From contig OY970065.1 of assembly GCA_963705295.1 (NCBI GenBank), positions 192,001 through 256,000 on the forward strand: a stretch of DNA of 64,000 nt, in the 5' to 3' direction. Positions 19,125 to 29,051 of the stretch are shown in pieces (position 1 is the first letter of the stretch; every line of letters begins with the position of its first letter). The stretch is from Parachlamydiales bacterium (GTDB taxonomy: Bacteria; Chlamydiota; Chlamydiia; Chlamydiales; Rhabdochlamydiaceae). The position numbers were made by a program, and so were the translations under genes. The notes beneath the pieces are model-generated. The model was not told where the DNA came from. It saw only the letters and a list, made by a program, of their open reading frames with translations, and searched no databases.

Positions 19125-20483
19125 ATGGATATCATCAAAATCAAAGGTGGAAAACCTCTCGAAGGGAGCGTCCGAGCTGTCGGCGCAAAAAACTCTGTCA
19201 CGAAACTGCTCGTTGCATCCCTTCTCTCGGATAAACGGTGCGTGTTTTTCAATGTTCCGAACATCCTCGATGTCGAAATCACCGTCGATCTGTGCAGGGA
19301 AATCGGCAGCACGATCCATTGGGATAAAAAAGAGGGTGTGATCGAAATCGTCACCAAAGAACTGAAGACCACCTACATTCCGCAACGTTTTTCTGGATCG
19401 AATCGGATTCCGATTTTGATGATCGGAGCTTTGCTGGGAAGAACCGATGAAGACATCATTGTTCCGACAGCAGGTGGGTGCAATATTGGAAGACGGCCGA
19501 TCGATTTCCATATTTCTTCGATGGAAAAACTCGGTGCGACCATCGAGTTTCGTCAGATGAAAAAAGAGGGGGCTTATTTTGCCAGAGCCCATCAAGGTCT
19601 CCGTGGCACGGTCATTGAACTTCCTTACCCTTCGGTAGGTGCAACAGAAAATTCGATCTTAGCATCGTGCCGAGCTAAAGGTGGAACCGTCATTAAAAAT
19701 GCCGCCATTGAGCCCGAAATCATCGACCTCGTTTTATTCCTGCAACAACTCGGAGTCGCCATCAGTGTCGACACCGATCGGACCATTCGGATTCAACCAG
19801 CCCAAGAATTTTACGAAGTAGAGCACACCGTCATCACCGACCGGATCGAAGCTGCATCTCTCGGCATGGCGGCCATCAGCACCAAAGGGCGTGTCTTTGT
19901 CGAAGGTGCCCAACATCCTCACATGATCGCCTTCCTCAACAAACTCCGTGAACTCGGAGCCGGTTTTCACATCCGAAACAATGGAATCGAATTTTTCTAC
20001 CGTGGTCCTCTCAAAGGAGGCATCCTCCTTGAAACCGATGTCCATCCCGGATTTCTGACCGATTGGCAACAACCGTTCGTTGCCCTCCTCACCCAAGCAG
20101 AAGGACATTCGATCGTCCATGAGACTGTCTATGAAAATCGATTTGGTTACACCGAAGTGCTCAAAGAAATGGGTGCCGACATCCAACTCTTCACCCAATG
20201 TCTCGGAAACCACGCATGCCGCTTCCGCTCACAAAACTACTCCCATAGTCTTGTCGTCAAAGGACCCACACCCCTCTCATCCCGCGATATCACCATCCCC
20301 GATCTCCGTGCCGGCTTTGCCTACGTGATCGCCGCCCTCATGGCCCCTGAAACCAGCGCCATCTCCGGCGCTCACTTCCTCGACCGCGGCTACGAAAACC
20401 TCGTCGAAAAACTCGGCACTCTTGGCGCCGACATCACAAGAGAATCGGCCCCCTCGAAAAAGGCACCATCATATTCTAGATAA
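19125..20483 (+). CDS. murA: UDP-N-acetylglucosamine 1-carboxyvinyltransferase
   Basis: GAKNS, GGCNIGRRPIDFH, SVGATEN, DRIEA, HPGFLTDWQ, VYENRF, DLRAG, LDRGYE. Confidence 0.96.
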   Translation: MDIIKIKGGKPLEGSVRAVGAKNSVTKLLVASLLSDKRCVFFNVPNILDVEITVDLCREIGSTIHWDKKEGVIEIVTKELKTTYIPQRFSGSNRIPILMIGALLGRTDEDIIVPTAGGCNIGRRPIDFHISSMEKLGATIEFRQMKKEGAYFARAHQGLRGTVIELPYPSVGATENSILASCRAKGGTVIKNAAIEPEIIDLVLFLQQLGVAISVDTDRTIRIQPAQEFYEVEHTVITDRIEAASLGMAAISTKGRVFVEGAQHPHMIAFLNKLRELGAGFHIRNNGIEFFYRGPLKGGILLETDVHPGFLTDWQQPFVALLTQAEGHSIVHETVYENRFGYTEVLKEMGADIQLFTQCLGNHACRFRSQNYSHSLVVKGPTPLSSRDITIPDLRAGFAYVIAALMAPETSAISGAHFLDRGYENLVEKLGTLGADITRESAPSKKAPSYSR

Positions 20484-21326
20484 ATTTAGTGCTCTTCTCA
20501 ATAAATGAGCACTCCCACCTTTTGCTAATTGCTGAGGAGTTTCGCCAACAACATTGACAACTCGAGGATTTGCACCATAACCGAGCAATAAAGCGACCTC
20601 ACGATCTAGACCATACATGGCTGCACAAGAGAGGGGTGTATTGCCCTTGCCATTTCTCGCTTCAATATCGGCCCCTTTACTTACTAATAAAGAGACTTTA
20701 TCAGCTGACTCAAAAACAGCCGTGTGTAAAAGGGTTTTATAAGAAGTTACACCATCGATTCTGTAGGGAATGGGCATATCGACATTGACACCCCTTTGCA
20801 AGAATTGTCTTAGAGAAATTAAATCAGTCTTATCCACATCTTCATACGAGTAAAATCGACCATTAAAATCATGAAATACAATTGGTAGATTTTCCTTTTT
20901 CAATTCATGAGGACCAATGGGGACAAATCTCTCTGCTCGGATAAGCCAAACATTCCTGCAAGGCCAAACTTCTTTTAACGCATCACATTCGGCAACATCC
21001 AAATGCTTCACAGTCTCAGGAAGAACCAACTTAACGATGTTTTTACAACGATCCAATATAAGACTCTGAACTCTTAAAACATGGACATAGGTGCCTGAAA
21101 AAGAATCCGACTCAGTGATCTTAAGAACACGCAGCCCTTGCATCTGTGCAAGGAATCGCATAAAAAGTCGTTCTACTTCCAAGATCCTTTCAGGTGAAAA
21201 TTGATCTTCTATCCCAGCTACCCGAAGTCTCGGAAGGGATAAGACTTCGATCCATTGAAAATCCAATTTTCTCAATTGTTCATAGACTTGTGCGCATGTT
21301 GAATCAGCAAATGTGACTGATGCCAT
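20469..21326 (-). CDS. LRR-like plus C-terminal ankyrin-repeat protein (putative effector)
   Basis: LRVLKITE, VQSLILDRC and VKHLDVAEC LRR-like strands; TLLHTAV, GADIEARN..GNTPL, GANP..GETP ankyrin motifs; GGAGG SD. Confidence 0.75.
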   Translation of the reverse strand: MASVTFADSTCAQVYEQLRKLDFQWIEVLSLPRLRVAGIEDQFSPERILEVERLFMRFLAQMQGLRVLKITESDSFSGTYVHVLRVQSLILDRCKNIVKLVLPETVKHLDVAECDALKEVWPCRNVWLIRAERFVPIGPHELKKENLPIVFHDFNGRFYSYEDVDKTDLISLRQFLQRGVNVDMPIPYRIDGVTSYKTLLHTAVFESADKVSLLVSKGADIEARNGKGNTPLSCAAMYGLDREVALLLGYGANPRVVNVVGETPQQLAKGGSAHLLRRALNLSRI

Positions 21327-21456
21327 CTTAAACCTCCAAAAATTTCAGAAGAACATAATCCCACCTTCCAAAACCCACAACTAAAATAGAAAATAATCCA
21401 TAGTAAAAAATTTCTAAGGGTTGGTGTATTTTCTATAGAATCTGTAAAATAGATCG

Positions 21457-22419
21457 ATGATTTTATGGAGACAGATTCAACGTCAAAATTTTAATTGCTG
21501 GAAAAAACTTGCTGAGTTTTTAGAACTGGGTGATGATTCTAAGATTCTGAAAAAGAGTCGCTTTCCTTTGAATTTGCCGGTAAGGCTTGCTCAGAAGATA
21601 GAAAAAAAGAATTTTGATGATCCTATTCTGAGGCAATTTCTTCCCTTGGAGGAGGAACGGAAGTCTCTGCCGGGGTATTTAAAAGATCCGGTGGGCGACT
21701 GCAAGGTCCAAAAAACATCCAAACTTCTGCAGAAATACCATGGAAGAGCTTTGCTGATTTGTACGAGTAGCTGTGCGATGCATTGTCGGTTCTGTTTTCG
21801 GCAAAATTACGATTACGAGACCGATCAGGGATTCGAAACAGAAATCAAAATGATTGCTGAGGATCGTTCTCTGACGGAGATTATTTTAAGTGGGGGTGAT
21901 CCGTTGTCACTCTCCGATCTTGTTTTGGAAGAGCTGTTGAGTCAATTGGAGAAAATTCCTCACGTGAAAAGAATTCGAATCCATACCCGTTTTCCGATGG
22001 GGATTCCGGAGAGAATCGATCCCTCTTTTTTATCACTTCTTCAGAATAGACGAGTGCAAGTTGTTTTTGTTGTTCATATTAATCATCCTGCTGAGCTCGA
22101 TGAAGATATTTTGAGAGGGTTGAAAAAGATTCAGTGTTTAGGGATTCCTGTTCTCAATCAAGGTGTTCTACTCAGAGGAATCAATGACACTGTTTCTGTT
22201 TTAAAAGAGCTGTGTGAAACGTTGGTGAATCATGGAATTTTACCCTACTATTTACACCAGCTGGATCGTGTGGAAGGGGCTGCCCATTTTGAAGTGGAAG
22301 AAGAGCGCGGTCGAGAGCTGATTGCTGGTTTGACAGAGGTTTTATCAGGATATGCGGTTCCTAAGTATGTTCGGGAAGAAGCGGGCTGTTCATCTAAAAC
22401 CGCTTTACATTTTGTCTAA
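21457..22419 (+). CDS. epmB: KamA/EpmB-family radical SAM lysine 2,3-aminomutase
   Basis: CAMHCRFCFR, ILSGGDPL, RIHTR, HINHP, NQGVLLRGIND, PYYLHQLD. Confidence 0.85.
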   Translation: MILWRQIQRQNFNCWKKLAEFLELGDDSKILKKSRFPLNLPVRLAQKIEKKNFDDPILRQFLPLEEERKSLPGYLKDPVGDCKVQKTSKLLQKYHGRALLICTSSCAMHCRFCFRQNYDYETDQGFETEIKMIAEDRSLTEIILSGGDPLSLSDLVLEELLSQLEKIPHVKRIRIHTRFPMGIPERIDPSFLSLLQNRRVQVVFVVHINHPAELDEDILRGLKKIQCLGIPVLNQGVLLRGINDTVSVLKELCETLVNHGILPYYLHQLDRVEGAAHFEVEEERGRELIAGLTEVLSGYAVPKYVREEAGCSSKTALHFV

Positions 22420-24126
22420 TGTTTTCAAGCCTAAGATTTCGAGGCCTTGGTGAAGAACCCGTCCCGCGGCTTCGCAGAGAAGAAGGCGACTTTGTTCTTG
22501 CGGCGATCCTTCGACGCGGCAATCGCGGAAAAATGCATGAAACTTTTCTGCAAGATTGTAGAGATATTCGGCTAGGCGGTGGGGTAGGAGATCTTGAGCG
22601 ACCGAGTCGAGGGTTTCTCCAAATTGTCTCAAATGGATGGCAAGATCGATTTCGGTGGGATGTTCGAGTTGGATCGGTGCATGGAGATTGGGGGCTTTAC
22701 CAACTTTTCGCTTGATACTTTGGATACGGACATACGCATAAAGAAGAAAAGCGGCGGTATTTCCTTCGAAACGGAGCATCCGCTCATAACTAAAGATGTA
22801 ATCTTTGTTCCGGTGCGAGGAGAGGTCGGCATATTTAACGGCGTCGATTCCTAAAATTTGTCCCATGTGATCGAGTTCTTGCGGGGAAAGATCGGGAATT
22901 CTTTCTTGGAGAATTTTTTTCGCATGATCGATCGCTTCATAGAGAAGATCAATGAGTTTTTCGGTTTCTCCAGAGCGGGTTTTAAACTTTTTACCATCGG
23001 ATCCGAGAACCACGCCAAAAGTGACGTGGTCGACGCGGACTTTTGTTGAATCGACATAGCCGGCTTTTTCTGCGGCTTTAAAAAGCATCTGGAAATGAAG
23101 GCTTTGCCCAGCATCGGTCACATAGATGATCCGGTCGGCTTGATCTTCTTCGATTCTGTACCGAAGAGCCGCCATGTCGGTCGTATCGTAGTTGTAACCG
23201 CCGTCAGATTTTTGGATGATGATGGGTAGGGGTTTCCCATCGCGTCCCTCAAAACCATCGAGGTAGATACATTTGGCTCCCTCTGAAATCGTGATCATTC
23301 CCCGTTTTTCAAGATCGGCCACGACAATCGGAAGATACGGATTATAAAACGACTCGCCTCGTTCGGTGATTTTAACATCGAGGAGATCGTAGATCTCCTG
23401 AAAAGCTTTCCGAGAGATGTCGCAGATCATTTTCCAAGCAGCGAGCGACGGTTCATCTCCGCCTTGGAGTTTGACAACTTGAAACTGAGCCTCTTTTTTG
23501 AATTCGGGATCTTCATCGAACAGTTTTTTGGAAGCGCGGTACCACTCCATGAGAGTAGGGAGATCGGTTTTTTTCTTCCCTTCTAACACCTCTGGAACAT
23601 ATTTCCTCATATAAGCAATGAGCATGCCGAACTGCGTTCCCCAATCACCGATGTGGTTGAGCCTGAGAACATCGTGACCTAAAAATTCGAAGAGGCGGGC
23701 AATACAATCCCCGATGATGGTTGATCGGAGATGTCCAACGTGGAGCTCCTTGGCAATATTGGGAGAAGAAAACTCTACGATCACGCGTTGCTTTGGATGA
23801 GGGAGAGGGACACCGAGATGGGGATCGAGAACCATTTGGTTGATTTCGGCGGCAATAAATTCGGGATTTAGAAAGATATTAATGAAGCCAGGTCCAGCGA
23901 TTTCGAGTTTGGAGATGGCAGGCGTTGGTTTCCAAGCTTGGATGATTTTTTGGGCGACTTCGCGCGGAGATGTTTTCAGTTCTTTAGCGAGCTTCAGGGC
24001 ATTGTTGCATTGATAATGCCCAAATTGCGGCTGTGTGGATGGAGTAATTTCTGGAGGGATGTCATAGCCCATCGCTGTTTTGAGAGCATCTGCAGCCTGT
24101 TTCTCCAAGATTTGGAGCAGGTTCAT
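22405..24126 (-). CDS. argS: Arginine--tRNA ligase
   Basis: EFSSPNIAKELHVGHLRS, NHIGDWGTQFGMLI, KSDGG, KFKTRSG, YAYVRIQSI. Confidence 0.96.
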   Translation of the reverse strand: MNLLQILEKQAADALKTAMGYDIPPEITPSTQPQFGHYQCNNALKLAKELKTSPREVAQKIIQAWKPTPAISKLEIAGPGFINIFLNPEFIAAEINQMVLDPHLGVPLPHPKQRVIVEFSSPNIAKELHVGHLRSTIIGDCIARLFEFLGHDVLRLNHIGDWGTQFGMLIAYMRKYVPEVLEGKKKTDLPTLMEWYRASKKLFDEDPEFKKEAQFQVVKLQGGDEPSLAAWKMICDISRKAFQEIYDLLDVKITERGESFYNPYLPIVVADLEKRGMITISEGAKCIYLDGFEGRDGKPLPIIIQKSDGGYNYDTTDMAALRYRIEEDQADRIIYVTDAGQSLHFQMLFKAAEKAGYVDSTKVRVDHVTFGVVLGSDGKKFKTRSGETEKLIDLLYEAIDHAKKILQERIPDLSPQELDHMGQILGIDAVKYADLSSHRNKDYIFSYERMLRFEGNTAAFLLYAYVRIQSIKRKVGKAPNLHAPIQLEHPTEIDLAIHLRQFGETLDSVAQDLLPHRLAEYLYNLAEKFHAFFRDCRVEGSPQEQSRLLLCEAAGRVLHQGLEILGLKTLDKM

Positions 24127-25239
24127 TTAATGCCTGCGTTCAAAATGGTGGTAGCGGGGTGGCGTCGAACGTTTGCCAATTCCAAATTTGATCCGGTAGT
24201 CTCCTAAGGCAATGGCGGCTTCGTGTGTCGAACAGTTTTTTTGCTCAGCGGTCTCAAAAAGGCGGAGCAAATGGTGATAGACTTGATCGACTTTTTTCCG
24301 AGACAACGAAGGATTATATCCTGCTTCTTCGAGCTCAAAGCTCACATTGATGAGTCCACCTGAATTGATCACGAAATCAGGTGCATAGAGAATGCCCCTT
24401 TGCTTCAAATGCACTGCATCTTCATCGGATAAAAGTTGATTATTAGCGCACCCGGCGACAGCACGGCAACGAAGACCGGGGATCGTTTCAGGATTAATAA
24501 TCCCTCCCAGAGCACAGGGTGCTAAAACGTCGCACGATTCTGCAAGGACATTTTCGGCCGGACAAGCGGTGGCGTGGTATTTTTTAGCGATCGTTTGTGT
24601 CTTTTCCCAATCGATATCGCTGACGATCAGTTTGGCTCCGTGCCAGAAGAGGAAATCGGCGAGGATGGAACCGACACTGCCGAGTCCTTGAATCGCAATG
24701 GTTTTCCCTTCAACATCAGGAGATCCGTCCATTTCTTGCAGCACAGCTTGAATTCCACGGAAAGTTCCCCAGGCTGTGAAATAAGACGGATTTCCACTAC
24801 TTTTTTCATGAGAAAGTCCCACAACATACGGAGTATGGTGCCCAATTAAAGTAACGTCTTGAATGGTACAGCCTGAATCTTCTGCGCATGTATAAAGCCC
24901 TTCTAATCGGTGGACGGCTGTAGCAAAGGCGATGATCATCTCTTTTGTTTTTTTATTGGGATGACACATGATGACGCTTTTTGCTCCGCCAAATCCTGTC
25001 TCCGCAAGTGCCGATTTATAAGTCATCCCTTTTGCAAGACGCTTCGCATCGGTCAGGGCCGCTTCGAAGGAAGGATACGGATAAATGCGGGTTCCGCCCA
25101 ATGTAGGCCCCAAGGCAGAATTATGGATACAAATGATCGCCTTCAGCCCCGTCCTTTCATCGGTAACAACAACAACTTTTTCGTATCCCTCTATAGGGAT
25201 TTCTTTTAAAACCAACGACTCTTCTACAGCTCTTTTCAT
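24127..25239 (-). CDS. ldh: Leucine (Glu/Leu/Phe/Val) dehydrogenase
   Basis: LGPTLGGTR, GMTYK, GGAKSV, IQGLGSVG, PCALGG, YAPDFVINSGG; start probably 25239. Confidence 0.9.
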   Translation of the reverse strand: MKRAVEESLVLKEIPIEGYEKVVVVTDERTGLKAIICIHNSALGPTLGGTRIYPYPSFEAALTDAKRLAKGMTYKSALAETGFGGAKSVIMCHPNKKTKEMIIAFATAVHRLEGLYTCAEDSGCTIQDVTLIGHHTPYVVGLSHEKSSGNPSYFTAWGTFRGIQAVLQEMDGSPDVEGKTIAIQGLGSVGSILADFLFWHGAKLIVSDIDWEKTQTIAKKYHATACPAENVLAESCDVLAPCALGGIINPETIPGLRCRAVAGCANNQLLSDEDAVHLKQRGILYAPDFVINSGGLINVSFELEEAGYNPSLSRKKVDQVYHHLLRLFETAEQKNCSTHEAAIALGDYRIKFGIGKRSTPPRYHHFERRH

Positions 25240-25330
25240 AGTTCTACTAAAATAACACAAAAAATAAGTAGAAAACAAGATCTATTGCGCAATAACTCTA
25301 GTTGGGGTATCCTGATTGATCAACTAAAAT

Positions 25331-26071
25331 TTGGACGTGATCATGACAAGTATTGTCATTACTGATAATTTAAAAGATGAGATATTAAAATTTTTAAAAC
25401 GAACGAAAAAAGCCGATCTCATCACGACCTATCTCTACTTTTTAGAAAAAAAATTTAATATTAAACCGGTCCTTTTTGCCCGGGAAAAGACGATCTATCA
25501 AAGCCAAGAAGATCTTATCCAACGGCTTGAGAAAGAAGGGAAGCTTTGGCGAGAAACCGAAATTAAAATTCAGGTCGGCCAGCAGAGCGTCAACGATCAA
25601 ACTAAAAAAATCTATATTTGCCCTTTTACAGGGAAAGTTTTTGGCGACAATACCCATCCGAACCCTCAAGATGCGATCTATGACTGGGTTTCAAAATGTC
25701 CCGAAAATACCGAAAGAGCGGGTGGACTGCGGGTCAAAAGATTTTTTGTCTCTGAAGATCCCGAGGTCATTAAAAATTATATTATCAAGCGGAAAGAGCC
25801 GATTACAAAGATCGTTTTTTCTTCGGTTGTCACGGGTAAACTCTTCAATTCTAAGCAGGCAGTCATTGAAGATTTTATCAAAAATCAACTCAAACCATTG
25901 GAACTTGTTGAGGTGCCCAACCAAAACAGGTACCAGATTGAAGAAAATTTCTTAAATTTCATTCAAACACAGCTCGAAGAAAGCAGAATATCCGCTTTTG
26001 TTGAGGCTGCATCCAAAATCGGGGAGCTCTCTTCCTATTTAGACGAATGGCTCGAAGAAGCCGAAGGTTAA
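25331..26071 (+). CDS. Conserved chlamydial protein (DUF2709-like)
   Basis: IYICPFTGKVFGDNTHPNPQDAIYDWVSKCP; position upstream of tsaE-dnaQ as in Chlamydia; start uncertain (25331/25337/25343). Confidence 0.75.
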   Translation: MDVIMTSIVITDNLKDEILKFLKRTKKADLITTYLYFLEKKFNIKPVLFAREKTIYQSQEDLIQRLEKEGKLWRETEIKIQVGQQSVNDQTKKIYICPFTGKVFGDNTHPNPQDAIYDWVSKCPENTERAGGLRVKRFFVSEDPEVIKNYIIKRKEPITKIVFSSVVTGKLFNSKQAVIEDFIKNQLKPLELVEVPNQNRYQIEENFLNFIQTQLEESRISAFVEAASKIGELSSYLDEWLEEAEG

Positions 26072-26463
26072 TCACCTCTTCCAGCGAAGAAACGCTGCAG
26101 GCGGGAAGAGAATTTGCTGCCACTTTGCAAGGAGATGAAACCATCGCTTTTTTCGGAGAATTAGGAAGTGGGAAAACGACATTCCTCAAAGGTTTGATTA
26201 GCAGCCTAGCGGGTTGCTCTCCCGATTCTGTAACAAGCCCAACATTCACTTACCTCCATATTTATGGAGACATCTACCATTTCGATCTCTACCGACTTTC
26301 TTCTGCGGATGAATTCAGAAAAGCTGGATTTTCAGAATATCTGGAGCAAGGGATTTGCTGTATCGAATGGGCCGAGCGGATTGCCGATGCTCTTCCTATA
26401 AAGACAATCCGGGTAACCTTAAAATATAAAAGTCAAAATCAAAGAGAAATCGTCATTTTATGA
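26047..26463 (+). CDS. tsaE: tRNA threonylcarbamoyladenosine biosynthesis ATPase TsaE
   Basis: GELGSGKTTF, VTSPTF, HFDLYRL, IEWAE. Confidence 0.93.
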   Translation: MARRSRRLITSSSEETLQAGREFAATLQGDETIAFFGELGSGKTTFLKGLISSLAGCSPDSVTSPTFTYLHIYGDIYHFDLYRLSSADEFRKAGFSEYLEQGICCIEWAERIADALPIKTIRVTLKYKSQNQREIVIL

Positions 26464-27014
26464 AAGCTGAATTTCTTCTATCAACGCTGGATGAAGTCCC
26501 TCTTTTCAAAGATAAAAATGGAAAAGTGATGCCAGAAATCGCTTTCGTGGGCCGTTCGAATGTGGGAAAATCGTCCCTCATCAATCACCTCTTAAATCGA
26601 AAAAAACTAGCTAAGGTTTCGGCAAAACCGGGGAAGACCCAAACGATCAACTATTTCAATGTCGATGATCGGCTGATTCTCGTTGATTTACCCGGATACG
26701 GTTATGCCGCCAGGGGGCATGAGATGCAGCTCAAATGGAGCGCCGCCATCGATCATTATCTTGAAAATAGATCGTCCTTGGTTCTCCTTGTTCTCTTAAT
26801 CGATTCCAGACGGACCCCCTCCGATGAAGATCTAGCGTTGATGGAGTGGTCAAAACACCATAAAAAACCTCTTTTACTCATATTCACAAAATCCGATACA
26901 CTTGAGAAAAAAAATAAAGTGACAAATGGTCTGCTTTACTCGATCAAAGATTCAAATTCTCGAGCCGTTCTTATAAAAACCTTAAACAAATTCATCGATG
27001 GGTCATTTAAATAA
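26460..27014 (+). CDS. engB: Ribosome biogenesis GTPase EngB/YsxC
   Basis: EIAFVGRSNVGKSSLIN, PGKTQ, DLPGYG, TKSD. Confidence 0.92.
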   Translation: MKAEFLLSTLDEVPLFKDKNGKVMPEIAFVGRSNVGKSSLINHLLNRKKLAKVSAKPGKTQTINYFNVDDRLILVDLPGYGYAARGHEMQLKWSAAIDHYLENRSSLVLLVLLIDSRRTPSDEDLALMEWSKHHKKPLLLIFTKSDTLEKKNKVTNGLLYSIKDSNSRAVLIKTLNKFIDGSFK

Positions 27015-27747
27015 CGAAGTTTTTATCTGTCTCGACTGCGAAACAACAGGACTCGATGCAAAAAAAGATCGGATCATTGAAGTTGCAGTCACCAAGTTTA
27101 CATTCACTGAAACTTTAGAGAGTTTTGAAACATTGATCGACCCCGAATGTGAAATATCGGAAGCTTCGACTGCCATCCATCACATCTCCCAGTCGATGGT
27201 TCAAGGAAAGCCGAAAATTCATGAAGTCTTGCCTCAAATTTCACAAATGCTCGACCAACATCTGATTATCGGGCACGGAATCCGTTTAGATTTAAGCTTC
27301 CTTGGAGAGTCGGCAAAAAGATCTCAATTTCCGTATCCATTTGATGCGCTGATAACCATTGACACACTCCGGCTGGCAAGGCTCTATGGAGAAAGTCCCG
27401 TCAACTCTCTTGAAAAACTCCGTGAACATTTTAATATCGAGCCTGAAGGAGCCCACCGAGCGATGAGTGATGTGATTGTCAACATCAGTGTTTTCAAATA
27501 CCTCTCTCAAAGTTTCAAAACTTCCGAGCAAATATTAGACCGTTTAAAAAAACCGATTCTTCTCAGAACGATGCCTCTTGGGAAATATAAAGGTCGTTAC
27601 TTCCACGAAATCCCGATCGATTATCTCCAATGGGCCTCTAGGGGCGATTTTGATATGGACCTTCTCTTCTCCGTAAGAACCGAAATTCAAAAACGGAAAA
27701 AAGGAGAACGGTTCATGGAAGCAACAAATCCTTTTTCACAATTATGA
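26998..27747 (+). CDS. dnaQ: DEDDh 3'-5' exonuclease (DnaQ-like) with C-terminal MPLGKYKG domain
   Basis: LDCETTGL, IDTLRLAR, HRAMSDV. Confidence 0.8.
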   Translation: MGHLNNEVFICLDCETTGLDAKKDRIIEVAVTKFTFTETLESFETLIDPECEISEASTAIHHISQSMVQGKPKIHEVLPQISQMLDQHLIIGHGIRLDLSFLGESAKRSQFPYPFDALITIDTLRLARLYGESPVNSLEKLREHFNIEPEGAHRAMSDVIVNISVFKYLSQSFKTSEQILDRLKKPILLRTMPLGKYKGRYFHEIPIDYLQWASRGDFDMDLLFSVRTEIQKRKKGERFMEATNPFSQL

Positions 27748-27768
27748 TTTCTTGTTAAAGTTCTGCTC

Positions 27769-28974
27769 ATGGCTAAATTAACCATTGAAGATCTTCCTTT
27801 GACAGGAAAAAAAGTTGTAATTCGGGTCGATTTTAATGTTCCTCTCAATAAAGATGGATCGATTGCCGATGACACCCGCATCCGTGAATCGATCCCGACA
27901 ATCGATTATGCCCTTAAAAAAGGTGCCGCGGTCATCTTGATGAGTCACATGGGACGTCCTAAATCCAAAAATGACGTCAAATTGTCCCTCGGAATTTGCG
28001 CCAAAAAACTATCGCAACTGATTGCGGCGCCTGTTTTATTTGTACCTGATTCCGTTGGGAAAGAGGTCGAGAAGATGGCCGGAGAGCTCAAAGGGGGACA
28101 AGTTCTTCTTTTAGAAAATCTCCGATTTTATCCTGCAGAAGAAGATCCTTCCAAAGATCCGAATTTTGCCAAAGAGCTTTCCAAACTCGGTGATTTTTAT
28201 GTGAATGATGCTTTTGCAACAGCCCACCGAGCCCATTCCTCTACAGCCACTATCGCACACTACTTTCCCGGAAAAGCAGCGATGGGTTTTCTCATGAAAA
28301 AAGAGATCGCCCATTTAGAGCCACTCTTGAAAAACCCCAAACCTCCCTTCTTTGTGCTCATCGGCGGAGCTAAAATTTCGTCCAAAATCGGTGTTTTGAA
28401 ATCGGTCTTAAAAAAAGTCGATGCTCTCTACATTGGCGGAGGGATGGCTTACACCTTCTTCAAAGCCCAAGGAATTCCTATTGGAGATTCCATTGTTGAA
28501 GACAGCTCTATTCCTGATGCTTTAGAACTTCTCTCAGAATGCAAGAAAAGAGATATTCCCCTCTTTCTCCCGGTCGATGTCGTGGTAGCAGATAGTTTCA
28601 AAAATGATGCCAAGGCTCAGGTCGTCTCGATGATGGCGAATGGGATTCCTCCTGGATGGCAGGGGATGGATATTGGTCCTGAAACCATAGCGGCTTGGAG
28701 TAGTGATTTCAAATTAGCTTCCACTTTTTTTTGGAATGGACCGGTCGGAGTATTTGAATTTCCCGAATTTTCCAGGGGAACCCATGAAATGGCAAAAGCC
28801 ATCTCTTCCATCCATGGAACAACCGTCGTCGGTGGAGGCGATTCTGTCGCAGCCATTCAACAACTGAACCTCGGTTCAAAATTCACCCATGTCTCCACAG
28901 GCGGCGGCGCTTCCTTAGAATACCTCGAATTGGGTCATCTTCCAGGTATTGACGCTCTTTCCGAAAAAAATTAA
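27769..28974 (+). CDS. pgk: Phosphoglycerate kinase
   Basis: RVDFNVP, SHMGRP, LENLRF, WNGPVGVFE, GGGDS, STGGGASLE. Confidence 0.97.
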   Translation: MAKLTIEDLPLTGKKVVIRVDFNVPLNKDGSIADDTRIRESIPTIDYALKKGAAVILMSHMGRPKSKNDVKLSLGICAKKLSQLIAAPVLFVPDSVGKEVEKMAGELKGGQVLLLENLRFYPAEEDPSKDPNFAKELSKLGDFYVNDAFATAHRAHSSTATIAHYFPGKAAMGFLMKKEIAHLEPLLKNPKPPFFVLIGGAKISSKIGVLKSVLKKVDALYIGGGMAYTFFKAQGIPIGDSIVEDSSIPDALELLSECKKRDIPLFLPVDVVVADSFKNDAKAQVVSMMANGIPPGWQGMDIGPETIAAWSSDFKLASTFFWNGPVGVFEFPEFSRGTHEMAKAISSIHGTTVVGGGDSVAAIQQLNLGSKFTHVSTGGGASLEYLELGHLPGIDALSEKN

Positions 28975-29000
28975 AATTTTAATTTCCCTAGGGAAAGAGA

Positions 29001-29029
29001 TTGTTTATAAAGGCAGCTCACTCTATAAT
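29001..29029 (+). promoter_or_regulatory. Putative sigma66 (sigma70-type) promoter of the first NTT gene
   Basis: TTGTTT-N17-TATAAT; 14-bp palindrome tttccctagggaaa just upstream (28983-28996). Confidence 0.5.
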
Positions 29030-29051
29030 GAAATCGATCAACCTGGAGCGC

